A DNA stretch of 63,780 nucleotides, filler included, from Nemertoderma westbladi (Eukaryota > Animalia > Xenacoelomorpha): the NCBI GenBank assembly GCA_032718475.1. It is 4 parts of 4 records of this genome, joined end to end, with 100 filler letters (N's around TTAATTAATTAA, not from the genome) between each part and the next. Parts side by side here need not be neighbours in the genome. Positions count along the whole stretch, not along the records: positions 1 to 19,893 come from JAUCBJ010007138.1; 3 more parts are not named here. One strand, given 5' to 3'. Position numbers and translations under genes: made by a program. The notes under the pieces are model-generated. The model was given only the letters and a program-made list of their open reading frames with translations. It searched no databases and was not told where the DNA came from. Positions 1 to 13,900 of this stretch are shown here, one piece after another (within the stretch, counting starts at the first letter, position 1; each line of letters begins with the position of its first letter).

Positions 1-969
1 CACACTTGCACCATTCTTGTTCATTATTGTGGTTGACTATGTTCTACGCATGTCCTTAGATCAATATAATGATGATGGGGTGATGATAACTCCACCTACT
101 GGCTCCAGAAGTCGAGGAAATCCTGCCAAGTACCTAACTGATCTAGACTTTGCTGATAACTTAGGAGTACTCTCAGAATCATTAGAGGGAGCCCAACGGC
201 TCCTCAGCTCATTAGAACATGCTGCTTCTAGTGTTGGTCTTTTTATTAACTCCAGAAAGACCAAAATTCTGACAGTTAACTTTGAAAGTCCTCAGCAAGT
301 CTCTGATCGGATGAGCATAAGCTCAAAGGATGGTATGCTTGAGCATGTGGACGACTTCTGTTACCTGGGATCATGGATCCGGAAGTCAGGTGAGGACCTT
401 CGAATACGTAAGGGAAAGGCATGGGCAGCCTTGAATAGGCTTTCCTGGATTTGGAAGTCACCGAGAATTAATCGGAAACTTAAGGTCCGATTATTTAGAG
501 CAGCAGTAGTTCCAGTACTCCTCTACGGGAGTCCATGCTGGGCTCTAACTGCTGAGGACACCAAATCTCTGGATGGCACATTCACAAGAATGCTACGCCG
601 GGTTCATTGTGTCAAGTACAATGCACACATCTCCAACCAGACACTATATAACATTGGAGGTGTCTCATTGGTTCCCCCAAGCTTGACACTAGAACAAAAT
701 CGCCTCCGCTTTGCAGGACATTGCTTTCGCCGTGAGGACCAGCCAGTGCATAATCTTGTACTTTGGCAGCCTCATGGAGTGAATAAGCATGGTGGACAGC
801 CCATGACTTTCTTGAGACGCATCTTAAAGGACACTGGCCTTAAAGATGCGGATGATCTAGCAAATGTCATGGGTGATAGGGAGTTGTGGCGGTGCAATTT
901 TGTTGACAAGCCGGCACTTAAAAATGCAGCTGCAATGCAGCATGCCGATCCTAGTAGTAGTAGTAGTAG
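1..969 (+). mobile_element. RTE-like non-LTR retrotransposon (family A), C-terminal RT and 3' end with (TAG)n tail
   Basis: ORF 17-1015 has TLAPFLFIIVVDY, LDFADNL (degenerate FADD), DDFCYLGSW, VLLYGSPCWALT and LRFAGHCFR motifs. A (TAG)6 tail lies at 952-969. Confidence 0.9.
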
Positions 970-1723
970 GGTAATACCTCCTATAAAATCTAAAAATTTT
1001 AACGAAAACGTCTGATTTTTTGTTTGTACATAGACTTCTCTAGTCTGAAACCGACCGAAAACAAATTTTCGAAAAAATTTACTGGGGTGGTTATATTGCA
1101 GCACCAAAATTACAAGTAGTGAATAATTTTCATAAATTTTGAAAGTTACAATTTTCAGCTAATTATTTTTCAATACAGGTTTTCTGGGGCTCAAAATACA
1201 TTGGAAAATGCTTAAAAATGATCTGATTACTATATTAATTAATTAGTATGGCTGTTTTAGTCCGCTACGTAAGCAAAAATATGAAAAAGCACTTTTCAGT
1301 TTGAACACAAATTTCTTAATTCACTTATATGATGCTATAAATTCTCATTATCAGGTTTTCTGGGCGCTGATTCTAATGGAATGGATTTTTAATTTGCCAG
1401 ATCATTGCTACTCGTAATTTTCGGCGTAATATGGCAAATTTTGGTGCTAGCACAAATTTCACACCCATCACCAAAAAGAACAAGTTTCAAATAAATGCCT
1501 CAAAAAAAGTGCCAAAAGTAGGTTTAAAAAATAGTGCTATAACTCGAAAACTGCCCAATATTTTTGAAAACCGTTTTCACTATTAGGAAGACAATACATT
1601 AGATTTTTAGGAGAAGTCATAAAATTTCAGATTCCCTAAGACAGCGTTTGTTTCAGAGATATAACAAAAAAAAACGGGGAAAGGGTCATATTGACCCCCC
1701 CCCCCCGGGTTTAATAGGGCTAA
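970..1723. mobile_element. Non-autonomous DNA transposon fragment, piggyBac-like terminus at right end
   Basis: Ends GGGTCATATTGACCCCCC..GGGTTTAATAGGG followed by a TTAA-like site (CTAA). A related terminus and internal motif (TTTGGTGCTRGCACMAAA) recur at ~52090-52346. Confidence 0.5.
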
Positions 1724-1843
1724 TTCAGCATTATTTCATTATCATTGTTTTAAATTTTCTTGTTCCCATAGGTTGGTTGGAGTCCAAATCTACGGTCAAA
1801 TTCAATTTGAGGTATAAATTACCTAGGGGCGAAGGATATCAAC

Positions 1844-1883
1844 ATGAAGTTGTTATCGTTGTTCGCGTTACTGGCCGTAATAG
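1844..1883 (+). CDS. Probable signal-peptide exon of a secreted/membrane protein (MKLLSLFALLAVI-G), exon 1772-1883
   Basis: Polypyrimidine acceptor TTTTCTTGTTCCCATAG ends at 1771. CAAC-ATG at 1844 starts Met-Lys plus a hydrophobic run, and a phase-1 donor G|GTACAG lies at 1883/1884. Confidence 0.5.
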
Positions 1884-1970
1884 GTACAGTATGTAATATT
1901 ATATATACCGTACCAAACGCTTAAAAATCAAAGCGAAAAGATGGTTTAGAAGAACGAATGATCCAGCAGC

Positions 1971-4900
1971 CGGTTGCACCAAGCTCCACTAACCACTTAG
2001 TGTTAGTGAAAAGTTCATAGTGACACTAACGTACACCACCCTAACAGCTCTTACCGTTGCACCAAGCTCCACTAACCGCTTAGTGTTAGTGAAAAGTTCA
2101 TAGTGACACTAACGTACACCACCCTAACAGCTCTTACCGTTGCACCAAGCTCCACTAACCACTTAGTGTTAGTGAAAAGTTCATAGTGACACTAACGTAC
2201 ACCACCCTAACAGCTCTTACCGTTGCACCAAGCTCCACTAACCGCTTATTGTTAGTGAAAAGTTCATAGTGACACTAACGTACACTACACTAACAGCTCT
2301 TACCGTTGCACCAAGCTCCACTAACCGCTTAGTGTTAGTGAAAAGTTCATAGTGACACTAACGTACACCACCCTAACAGCTCTTACCGTTGCACCAAGCT
2401 CCACTAACCGCTTATTGTTAGTGAAAAGTTCATAGTGACACTAACGTACACCACCCTAACAGCTCTTACCGTTGCACCAAGCTCCACTAACCGCTTAGTG
2501 TAGGTGAAAAGTTCATAGTGACACTAACGTACACCACCCTAACAGCTCTTACCGTTGCACCAAGCTCCACTAACCGCTTAGTGTTAGTGAAAAGTTCTTA
2601 GTGACACTAACGTACACCACCCTAACAGCTCTTACCGTTGCACCAAGATCCACTAACCGCTTAGTGTTAGTGAAAAGTTCTTAGTGACACTAACGTACAC
2701 CACCCTAACAGCTCTTACCGTTGCACCAAGCTCCACTAACCGCTTAGTGTTAGTGAAAAGTTCTTAGTGACACTAACGTACACCACCCTAACAGCTCTTA
2801 CCGTTGCACCAAGCTCCACTAACCGCTTAGTGTTAGTGAAAAGTTCTTAGTGACACTAACGTACACCATCCTAACAGCTCTTACTGTTGCACCAAGCTCC
2901 ACTAACCGCTTAGTGTTAGTGAAAAGTTCTTAGTGACACTAACGTACACCACCCTAACAGCTCTTACCGTTGCACCAAGCTCCACTAACCGCTTAGTGTT
3001 AGTGAAAAGTTCTTAGTGACACTAACGTACACCACCCTAAAAGCTCTTACCGTTGCACCAAGCTCCACTAACCGCTTAGTGTTAGTGAAAAGTTCTTAGT
3101 GACACTAACGAACACCATCCTAACAGCTCTTACCGTTGCACCAAGCTCCACTAACCACTTAGTGTTAGTGAAAAGTTCTTAGTGACACTAACGTACACCA
3201 CCCTAACAGCTCTTACCGTTGCACCAAGCTCCACTAACCGCTTAGTGTTAGTGAAAAGTTCTTAGTGACACTAACGTACACCACCGTAACAGCTCTTACC
3301 GTTGCACCAAGCTCCACTAACCGCTTAGTGTTAGTGAAAAGTTCTTAGTGACACAAACGTACATCACCCTAACAGCTCTTACCATTGAACCAAGCTCCAC
3401 TAACCGCTTAGTGTTAGTGAAAAGTTCTTAGTGACACTAACGTACATCACCCTAACAGCTCTTACCATTGAACCAAGCTCCACTAACCGCTTAGTGTTAG
3501 TGAAAAGTTCTTAGTGACACTAACGTACATCACCCTAACAGCTCTTACCATTGAACCAAGCTCCACTAACCGCTTAGTGTTAGTGAAAAGTTCTTAGTGA
3601 CACTAACGTACACCACCGTAACAGCTCTTACCGTTGCACCAAGCTCCACTAACCGCTTAGTGTTAGTGAAAAGTTCTTAGTGACACTAACGTACACCACC
3701 CTAACAGCTCTTACCGTTGCACCAAGCTCCACTAACCGCTTAGTGTTAGTGAAAAGTTCTTAGTGACACTAACGTACACCATCCTAACAGCTCTTACCGT
3801 TGAACCAAGCTCCACTAACCGCTTAGTGTTAGTGAAAAGTTCTTAGTGACACTAACGTACACCATCCTAACAGCTCTTACCGTTGAACCAAGCTCCACTA
3901 ACCGCTTAGTGTTAGTGAAAAGTTCTTAGTGACACTAACGTACACCACCCTAACAGCTCTTACCGTTGCACCAAGCTCCACTAACCGCTTAGTGTTAGTG
4001 AAAAGTTCTTAGTGACACTGACGTACACCACCCTAACAGCTCTTACCGTTGCACCAAGCTCCACTAACCGCTTATTGTTAGTGAAAAGTTCTTAGTGACA
4101 CTAACGTACACCACCCTAACAGCTCTTACCGTTGCACCAAGCTCCACTAACCGCTTAGTGTTAGTGAAAAGTTCTTAGTGACACTAACGTACACCATCCT
4201 AACAGCTCTTACCGTTGAACCAAGCTCCACTAACCGCTTAGTGTTAGTGAAAAGTTCTTAGTGACACTAACGTACACCACCCTAACAGCTCTTACCGTTG
4301 CACCAAGCTCCACTAACCGCTTAGTGTTAGTGAAAAGTTCTTAGTGACACTAACGTACACCATCCTAACAGCTCTTACCGTTGAACCAAGCTCCACTAAC
4401 CGCTTAGTGTTAGTGAAAAGTTCTTAGTGACACTAACGTACACCACCCTAACAGCTCTTACCGTTGCACCAAGCTCCACTAACCGCTTATTGTTAGTGAA
4501 AAGTTCTTAGTGACACTAACGTACACCACCCTAACAGCTCTTACCGTTGCACCAAGCTCCACTAACCGCTTAGTGTTAGTGAAAAGTTCTTAGTGACACT
4601 AACGTACACCATCCTAACAGCTCTTACCGTTGAACCAAGCTCTACTAACCGCTTAGTGTTAGTGAAAAGTTCTTAGTGACACTAACGTACACCACCCTAA
4701 CAGCTCTTACCGTTGCACCAAGCTCCACTAACCGCTTAGTGTTAGTGAAAAGTTCTTAGTGACACTGACGTACACCACCCTAACAGCTCTTACCGTTGCA
4801 CCAAGCTCCACTAACCGCTTATTGTTAGTGAAAAGTTCTTAGTGACACTAACGTACACCACCCTAACAGCTCTTACCGTTGCACCAAGCTCCACTAACCG

Positions 4901-7900
4901 CTTAGTGTTAGTGAAAAGTTCTTAGTGACACTAACGTACACCATCCTAACAGCTCTTACCGTTGAACCAAGCTCTACTAACCGCTTAGTGTTAGTGAAAA
5001 GTTCTTAGTGACACTAACGTACACCACCCTAACAGCTCTTACCGTTGAACCAAGCTCTACTAACCGCTTAGTGTTAGTGAAAAGTTCTTAGTGACACTGA
5101 CGTACACCACCCTAACAGCTCTTACCGTTGCACCAAGCTCCACTAACTGCTTAGTGTTAGTGAAAAGTTCTTAGTGACACTAACGTACACCACCCTAACA
5201 GCTCTTACCGTTGCACCAAGCTCCACTAACTGCTTAGTGTTAGTGAAAAGTTCTTAGTGACACTAACGTACACCACCCTAACAGCTCTTACCGTTGCACC
5301 AAGGTCCACTAACTGCTTAGTGTTAGTGAAAAGTTCTTAGTGACACTAACGTACACCACCCTAACAGCTCTTACCGTTGCACCAAGCTCCACTAACCGCT
5401 TAGTGTTAGTGAAAAGTTCTTAGTGACACTAACGTACACCATCCTAACAGCTCTTACCGTTGCACCAAGCTCCACTAACCGCTTAGTGTTAGTGAAAAGT
5501 TCTTAGTGACACTAACGTACACCACCCTAACAGCTCTTACCTTTGCACCAAGCTCCACTAACCGCTTAGTGTTAGTGAAAAGTTCTTAGTGACACTAACG
5601 TACACCACCCTAACAGCTCTTACCGTTGCACCAAGCTCCACTAACTGCTTAGTGTTAGTGAAAAGTTCTTAGTGACACTAACGTACACCACCCTAACAGC
5701 TCTTACCGTTGCACCAAGCTCCACTAACTGCTTAGTGTTAGTGAAAAGTTCTTAGTGACACTAACGTACACCACCCTAACAGCTCTTACCGTTGCACCAA
5801 GGTCCACTAACCGCTTAGTGTTAGTGAAAAGTTCTTAGTGACACTAACGTACACCACCCTAACAGCTCTTACCGTTGCACCAAGCTCCACTAACTGCTTA
5901 GTGTTAGTGAAAAGTTCTTAGTGACACTAACGTACACCACCCTAACAGCTCTTACCGTTGCACCAAGCTCCACTAACTGCTTAGTGTTAGTGAAAAGTTC
6001 TTAGTGACACTAACGTACACCACCCTAACAGCTCTTACCGTTGCACCAAGCTCCACTAACTGCTTAGTGTTAGTGAAAAGTTCTTAGTGACACTAACGTA
6101 CACCACCCTAACAGCTCTTACCGTTGCACCAAGCTCCACTAACCGCTTAGTGTTAGTGAAAAGTTCTTAGTGACACTAACGTACACCACCCTAACAGCTC
6201 TTACCGTTGCACCAAGCTCCACTAACTGCTTAGTGTTAGTGAAAAGTTCTTAGTGACACTAACGTACACCACCCTAACAGCTCTTACCGTTGCACCAAGC
6301 TCCACTAACCGCTTAGTGTTAGTGAAAAGTTCTTAGTGACACTAACGTACACCACCCTAACAGCTCTTACCGTTGCACCAAGCTCCACTAACCGCTTAGT
6401 GTTAGTGAAAAGTTCTTAGTGACACTAACGTACACCACCCTAACAGCTCTTACCGTTGCACCAAGCTCCACTAACCGCTTAGTGTTAGTGAAAAGTTCTT
6501 AGTGACACTAACGTACACCACCCTAACAGCTCTTACCGTTGCACCAAGCTCCACTAACCGCTTAGTGTTAGTGAAAAGTTCTTAGTGACACTAACGTACA
6601 CCACCCTAACAGCTCTTACCGTTGCACCAAGCTCCACTAACCGCTTAGTGTTAGTGAAAAGTTCTTAGTGACACTAACGTACACCACCCTAACAGCTCTT
6701 ACCGTTGAACCAAGCTCCACTAACCGCTTAGTGTTAGTGAAAAGTTCTTAGTGACACTAACGTACACCACCCTAACAGCTCTTACCGTTGCACCAAGCTC
6801 CACTAACCGCTTAGTGTTAGTGAAAAGTTCTTAGTAACGTACACCATCCTAACAGCTCTTACCGTTGCACCAAGCTCCACTAACCGCTTAGTGTTAGTGA
6901 AAAGTTCTTAGTGACACTAACGTACACCACCCTAACAGCTCTTACCGTTGCACCAAGGTCCACTAACCGCTTAGTGTTAGTGAAAAGTTCTTAGTGACAC
7001 TAACGTACACTACCCTAACAGCTCTTATCGTTGCACCAAGCTCCACTAACCGCTTAGTGTTAGTGAAAAGTTCTTAGTAACGTACACCATCCTAACAGCT
7101 CTTACCGTTGCACCAAGCTCCACTAACCGCTTAGTGTTAGTGAAAAGTTCTTAGTGACACTAACGTACACCATCCTAACAGCTCTTACCGTTGCACCAAG
7201 CTCCACTAACCGCTTAGTGTTAGTGAAAAGTTCTTAGTGACACTAACGTACACCATCCTAACAGCTCTTACCGTTGCACCAAGCTCCACTAACCGCTTAG
7301 TGTTAGTGAAAAGTTCTTAGTAACGTACACCATCCTAACAGCTCTTACCGTTGCACCAAGCTCCACTAACCGCTTAGTGTTAGTGAAAAGTTCTTAGTGA
7401 CACTAACGTACACCACCCTAACAGCTCTTACCGTTGCACCAAGGTCCACTAACCGCTTAGTGTTAGTGAAAAGTTCTTAGTGACACTAACGTACACCACC
7501 CTAACAGGTCTTACCGTTGCACCAAGGTCCACTAACCGCTTAGTGTTAGTGAAAAGTTCTTAGTGACACTAACGTACACTACCCTAACAGCTCTTATCGT
7601 TGCACCAAGCTCCACTAACCGCTTAGTGTTAGTGAAAAGTTCTTAGTGACACTAACGTACACCATCCTAACAGCTCTTACCGTTGCACCAAGCTCCACTA
7701 ACCGCTTAGTGTTAGTGAAAAGTTCTTAGTGACACTAACGTACACCACCCTAACAGCTCTTACCGTTGCACCAAGGTCCACTAACCGCTTAGTGTTAGTG
7801 AAAAGTTCTTAGTGACACTAACGTACACTACCCTAACAGCTCTTATCGTTGCACCAAGCTCCACTAACCGCTTAGTGTTAGTGAAAAGTTCTTAGTGACA

Positions 7901-10900
7901 CTAACGTACACCACCCTAACAGCTCTTACCGTTGAACCAAGCTCCACTAACCGCTTAGTGTTAGTGAAAAGTTCTTAGTAACGTACACCATCCTAACAGC
8001 TCTTACCGTTGCACCAAGCTCCACTAACCGCTTAGTGTTAGTGAAAAGTTCTTAGTGACACTAACGTACACCACCCTAACAGCTCTTACCGTTGCACCAA
8101 GCTCCACTAACCGCTTAGTGTTAGTGAAAAGTTCTTAGTGACACTAACGTACACTACCCTAACAGCTCTTATCGTTGCACCAAGCTCCACTAACCGCTTA
8201 GTGTTAGTGAAAAGTTCTTAGTGACACTAACGTACACCACCCTAACAGCTCTTACCGTTGCACCAAGGTCCACTAACCGCTTAGTGTTAGTGAAAAGTTC
8301 TTAGTGACACTAACGTACACTACCCTAACAGCTCTTATCGTTGCACCAAGCTCCACTAACCGCTTAGTGTTAGTGAAAAGTTCTTAGTGACACTAACGTA
8401 CACCACCCTAACAGCTCTTACCGTTGAACCAAGCTCCACTAACCGCTTAGTGTTAGTGAAAAGTTCTTAGTAACGTACACCATCCTAACAGCTCTTACCG
8501 TTGCACCAAGCTCCACTAACCGCTTAGTGTTAGTGAAAAGTTCTTAGTGACACTAACGTACACCACCGTAACAGCTCTTACCGTTGCACCAAGCTCCACT
8601 AACCGCTTAGTGTTAGTGAAAAGTTCTTAGTGACACTAACGTACACCACCCTAACAGCTCTTACCGTTGCACCAAGGTCCACTAACCGCTTAGTGTTAGT
8701 GAAAAGTTCTTAGTGACACTAACGTACACTACCCTAACAGCTCTTATCGTTGCACCAAGCTCCACTAACCGCTTAGTGTTAGTGAAAAGTTCTTAGTGAC
8801 ACTAACGTACACCACCCTAACAGCTCTTACCGTTGCACCAAGCTCCACTAACCGCTTAGTGTTAGTGAAAAGTTCTTAGTGACACTAACGTACACCACCC
8901 TAACAGCTCTTACCGTTGCACCAAGCTCCACTAACCGCTTAGTGTTAGTGAAAAGTTCTTAGTGACACTAACGTACACCATCCTAACAGCTCTCACCGTT
9001 GCACCAAGCTCCACTAACCGCTTAGTGTTAGTGAAAAGTTCTTAGTGACACTAACGTACACCACCCTAACAGCTCTCACCGTTGCACCAAGCTCCACTAA
9101 CCGCTTAGTGTTAGTGAAAAGTTCTTAGTGACACTAACGTACACCACCCTAACAGCTCTCACCGTTGCACCAAGCTCCACTAACCGCTTAGTGTTAGTGA
9201 AAAGTTCTTAGTGACACTAACGTACACCACCCTAACAGCTCTTACCGTTGAACCAAGCTCTACTAACCGCTTAGTGTTAGTGAAAAGTTCTTAGTGACAC
9301 TAACGTACACCATCCTAACAGCTCTTACAGTTGAACCAAGCTCCACTAACCGCTTAGTGTTAGTGAAAAGTTCTTAGTGACACTAACGTACACCACCCTA
9401 ACAGCTCTTACCGTTGGACCAAGCTCCACTAACCGCTTATTGTTAGTGAAAAGTTCTTAGTGACACTAACGTACACCATCCTAACAGCTCTTACCGTTGA
9501 ACCAAGCTCCACTAACCGCTTAGTGTTAGTGAAAAGTTCTTAGTGACACTAACGTACACCATCCTAACAGCTCTTACAGTTGAACCAAGCTCCACTAACC
9601 GCTTAGTGTTAGTGAAAAGTTCTTAGTGACACTAACGTACACCATCCTAACAGCTCTTACAGTTGAACCAAGCTCCACTAACCGCTTAGTGTTAGTGAAA
9701 AGTTCTTAGTGACACTAACGTACACCACCCTAACAGCTCTTACCGTTGCACCAAGCTCCACTAACCGCTTAGTGTTAGTGAAAAGTTCTTAGTGACACTA
9801 ACGTACACCATCCTAACAGCTCTTACCGTTGCACCAAGCTCCACTAACCGCTTAGTGTTAGTGAAAAGTTCTTAGTGACACTAACGTACACCACCCTAAC
9901 AGCTCTTACCTTTGCACCAAGCTCCACTAACCGCTTAGTGTTAGTGAAAAGTTCTTAGTGACACTAACGTACACCACCCTAACAGCTCTTACCGTTGCAC
10001 CAAGCTCCACTAACCGCTTAGTGTTAGTGAAAAGTTCTTAGTGACACTAACGTACACCACCCTAACAGCTCTTACCGTTGCACCAAGCTCCACTAACTGC
10101 TTAGTGTTAGTGAAAAGTTCTTAGTGACACTAACGTACACCACCCTAACAGCTCTTACCGTTGCACCAAGCTCCACTAACCGCTTAGTGTTAGTGAAAAG
10201 TTCTTAGTGACACTAACGTACACCACCCTAACAGCTCTTACCGTTGCACCAAGCTCCACTAACTGCTTAGTGTTAGTGAAAAGTTCTTAGTGACACTAAC
10301 GTACACCACCCTAACAGCTCTTACCGTTGCACCAAGCTCCACTAACCGCTTAGTGTTAGTGAAAAGTTCTTAGTGACACTAACGTACACCACCCTAACAG
10401 CTCTTACCGTTGCACCAAGCTCCACTAACTGCTTAGTGTTAGTGAAAAGTTCTTAGTGACACTAACGTACACCACCCTAACAGCTCTTACCGTTGCACCA
10501 AGCTCCACTAACCGCTTAGTGTTAGTGAAAAGTTCTTAGTGACACTAACGTACACCACCCTAACAGCTCTTACCGTTGCACCAAGCTCCACTAACCGCTT
10601 AGTGTTAGTGAAAAGTTCTTAGTAACGTACACCATCCTAACAGCTCTTACCGTTGAACCAAGCTCCACTAACCGCTTAGTGTTAGTGAAAAGTTCTTAGT
10701 GACACTAACGTACACCACCCTAACAGCTCTTACCGTTGCACCAAGCTCCACTAACCGCTTAGTGTTAGTGAAAAGTTCTTAGTGACACTAACGTACACCA
10801 CCCTAACAGCTCTTACCGTTGCACCAAGCTCCACTAACCGCTTAGTGTTAGTGAAAAGTTCTTAGTGACACTAACGTACACCACCCTAACAGCTCTTACC

Positions 10901-13900
10901 GTTGCACCAAGCTCCACTAACTGCTTAGTGTTAGTGAAAAGTTCTTTGTGACACTAACGTACACCATCCTAACAGCTCTTACCGTTGCACCAAGCTCCAC
11001 TAACCGCTTATTGTTAGTGAAAAGTTCTTAGTGACACTAACGTACACCACCCTAACAGCTCTTACCGTTGCACCAAGCTCCACTAACTGCTTAGTGTTAG
11101 TGAAAAGTTCTTAGTGACACTAACGTACACCACCCTAACAGCTCTTACCGTTGCACCAAGCTCCACTAACCGCTTAGTGTTAGTGAAAAGTTCTTAGTGA
11201 CACTAACGTACACCACCCTAACAGCTCTTACCGTTGCACCAAGCTCCACTAACCGCTTAGTGTTAGTGAAAAGTTCTTAGTGACACTAACGTACACCACC
11301 CTAACAGCTCTTACCGTTGCACCAAGCTCCACTAACCGCTTAGTGTTAGTGAAAAGTTCTTAGTGACACTAACGTACACCACCCTAACAGCTCTTACCGT
11401 TGCACCAAGCTCCACTAACCGCTTAGTGTTAGTGAAAAGTTCTTAGTGACACTAACGTACACCATCCTAACAGCTCTTACCGTTGCACCAAGCTCCACTA
11501 ACCGCTTATTGTTAGTGAAAAGTTCTTAGTGACACTAACGTACACCACCCTAACAGCTCTTACCGTTGCACCAAGCTCCACTAACTGCTTAGTGTTAGTG
11601 AAAAGTTCTTAGTGACACTAACGTACACCATCCTAACAGCTCTTACCGTTGCACCAAGCTCCACTAACCGCTTAGTGTTAGTGAAAAGTTCTTAGTGACA
11701 CTAACGTACACCACCCTAACAGCTCTTACCGTTGCACCAAGCTCCACTAACCACTTAGTGTTAGTGAAAAGTTCTTAGTGACACTAACGTACACCACCCT
11801 AACAGCTCTTACCGTTGCACCAAGCTCCACTAACCACTTAGTGTTAGTGAAAAGTTCTTAGTGACACTAACGTACACCACCCTAACAGCTCTTACCGTTG
11901 CACCAAGCTCCACTAACCGCTTAGTGTTAGTGAAAAGTTCTTAGTGACACTAACGTACACCACCCTAACAGCTCTTACCGTTGCACCAAGCTCCACTAAC
12001 CGCTTAGTGTTAGTGAAAAGTTCTTAGTGACACTAACGTACACCACCCTAACAGCTCTTACCGTTGCACCAAGCTCCACTAACCGCTTAGTGTTAGTGAA
12101 ACGTTCTTAGTGACACTAACGTACACCATCCTAACAGCTCTTACCGTTGCACCAAGCTCCACTAACCGCTTAGTGTTAGTGAAAAGTTCTTAGTGACACT
12201 AACGTACACCACCCTAACAGCTCTTACCGTTGCACCAAGCTCCACTAACCGCTTAGTGTTAGTGAAAAGTTCTTAGTGACACTAACGTACACCACCCTAA
12301 CAGCTCTTACCGTTGCACCAAGCTCCACTAACCGCTTAGTGTTAGTGAAAAGTTCTTAGTGACACTAACGTACACCACCCTAACAGCTCTTACCGTTGCA
12401 CCAAGCTCCACTAACTGCTTAGTGTTAGTGAAAAGTTCTTAGTGACACTAACGTACACCACCCTAACAGCTCTTACCGTTGCACCAAGCTCCACTAACCG
12501 CTTAGTGTTAGTGAAAAGTTCTTAGTGACACTAACGTACACCACCCTAACAGCTCTCACCGTTGCACCAAGCTCCACTAACCGCTTAGTGTTAGTGAAAA
12601 GTTCTTAGTGACACTAACGTACACCACCCTAACAGCTCTTACCGTTGCACCAAGCTCCACTAACCGCTTAGTGTTAGTGAAAAGTTCTTAGTGACACTAA
12701 CGTACACCACCCTAACAGCTCTTACCGTTGCACCAAGGTCCACTAACCGCTTAGTGTTAGTGAAAAGTTCTTAGTGACACTAACGTACACCATCCTAACA
12801 GCTCTTACCGTTGCACCAAGCTCCACTAACCGCTTAGTGTTAGTGAAAAGTTCTTAGTGACACTAACGTACACCACCCTAACAGCTCTTACCGTTGCACC
12901 AAGCTCCACTAACCGCTTAGTGTTAGTGAAAAGTTCTTAGTGACACTAACGTACACCACCCTAACAGCTCTTACCGTTGCACCAAGGTCCACTAACCGCT
13001 TAGTGTTAGTGAAAAGTTCTTAGTGACACTAACGTACACCACCCTAACAGCTCTTACCGTTGCACCAAGGTCCACTAACCGCTTAGTGTTAGTGAAAAGT
13101 TCTTAGTGACACTAACGTACACCACCCTAACAGCTCTTACCGTTGCACCAAGGTCCACTAACCGCTTAGTGTTAGTGAAAAGTTCTTAGTGACACTAACG
13201 TACACCATCCTAACAGCTCTTACCGTTGCACCAAGCTCCACTAACCGCTTAGTGTTAGTGAAAAGTTCTTAGTGACACTAACGTACACCACCCTAACAGC
13301 TCTTACCGTTGCACCAAGCTCCACTAACCGCTTAGTGTTAGTGAAAAGTTCTTAGTGACACTAACGTACACCACCCTAACAGCTCTTACCGTTGCACCAA
13401 GGTCCACTAACCGCTTAGTGTTAGTGAAAAGTTCTTAGTGACACTAACGTACACCACCCTAACAGCTCTTACCGTTGCACCAAGGTCCACTAACCGCTTA
13501 GTGTTAGTGAAAAGTTCTTAGTGACACTAACGTACACCATCCTAACAGCTCTTACCGTTGCACCAAGCTCCACTAACCGCTTAGTGTTAGTGAAAAGTTC
13601 TTAGTGACACTAACGTACACCACCCTAACAGCTCTTACCGTTGCACCAAGCTCCACTAACCGCTTAGTGTTAGTGAAAAGTTCTTAGTAACGTACACCAT
13701 CCTAACAGCTCTTACCGTTGCACCAAGCTCCACTAACCGCTTAGTGTTAGTGAAAAGTTCATAGTGACACTAACGTACACCACCCTAACAGCTCTTACCG
13801 TTGCACCAAGCTCCACTAACCGCTTAGTGTTAGTGAAAAGTTCTTAGTGACACTAACGTACACCACCCTAACAGCTCTTACCGTTGCACCAAGCTCCACT

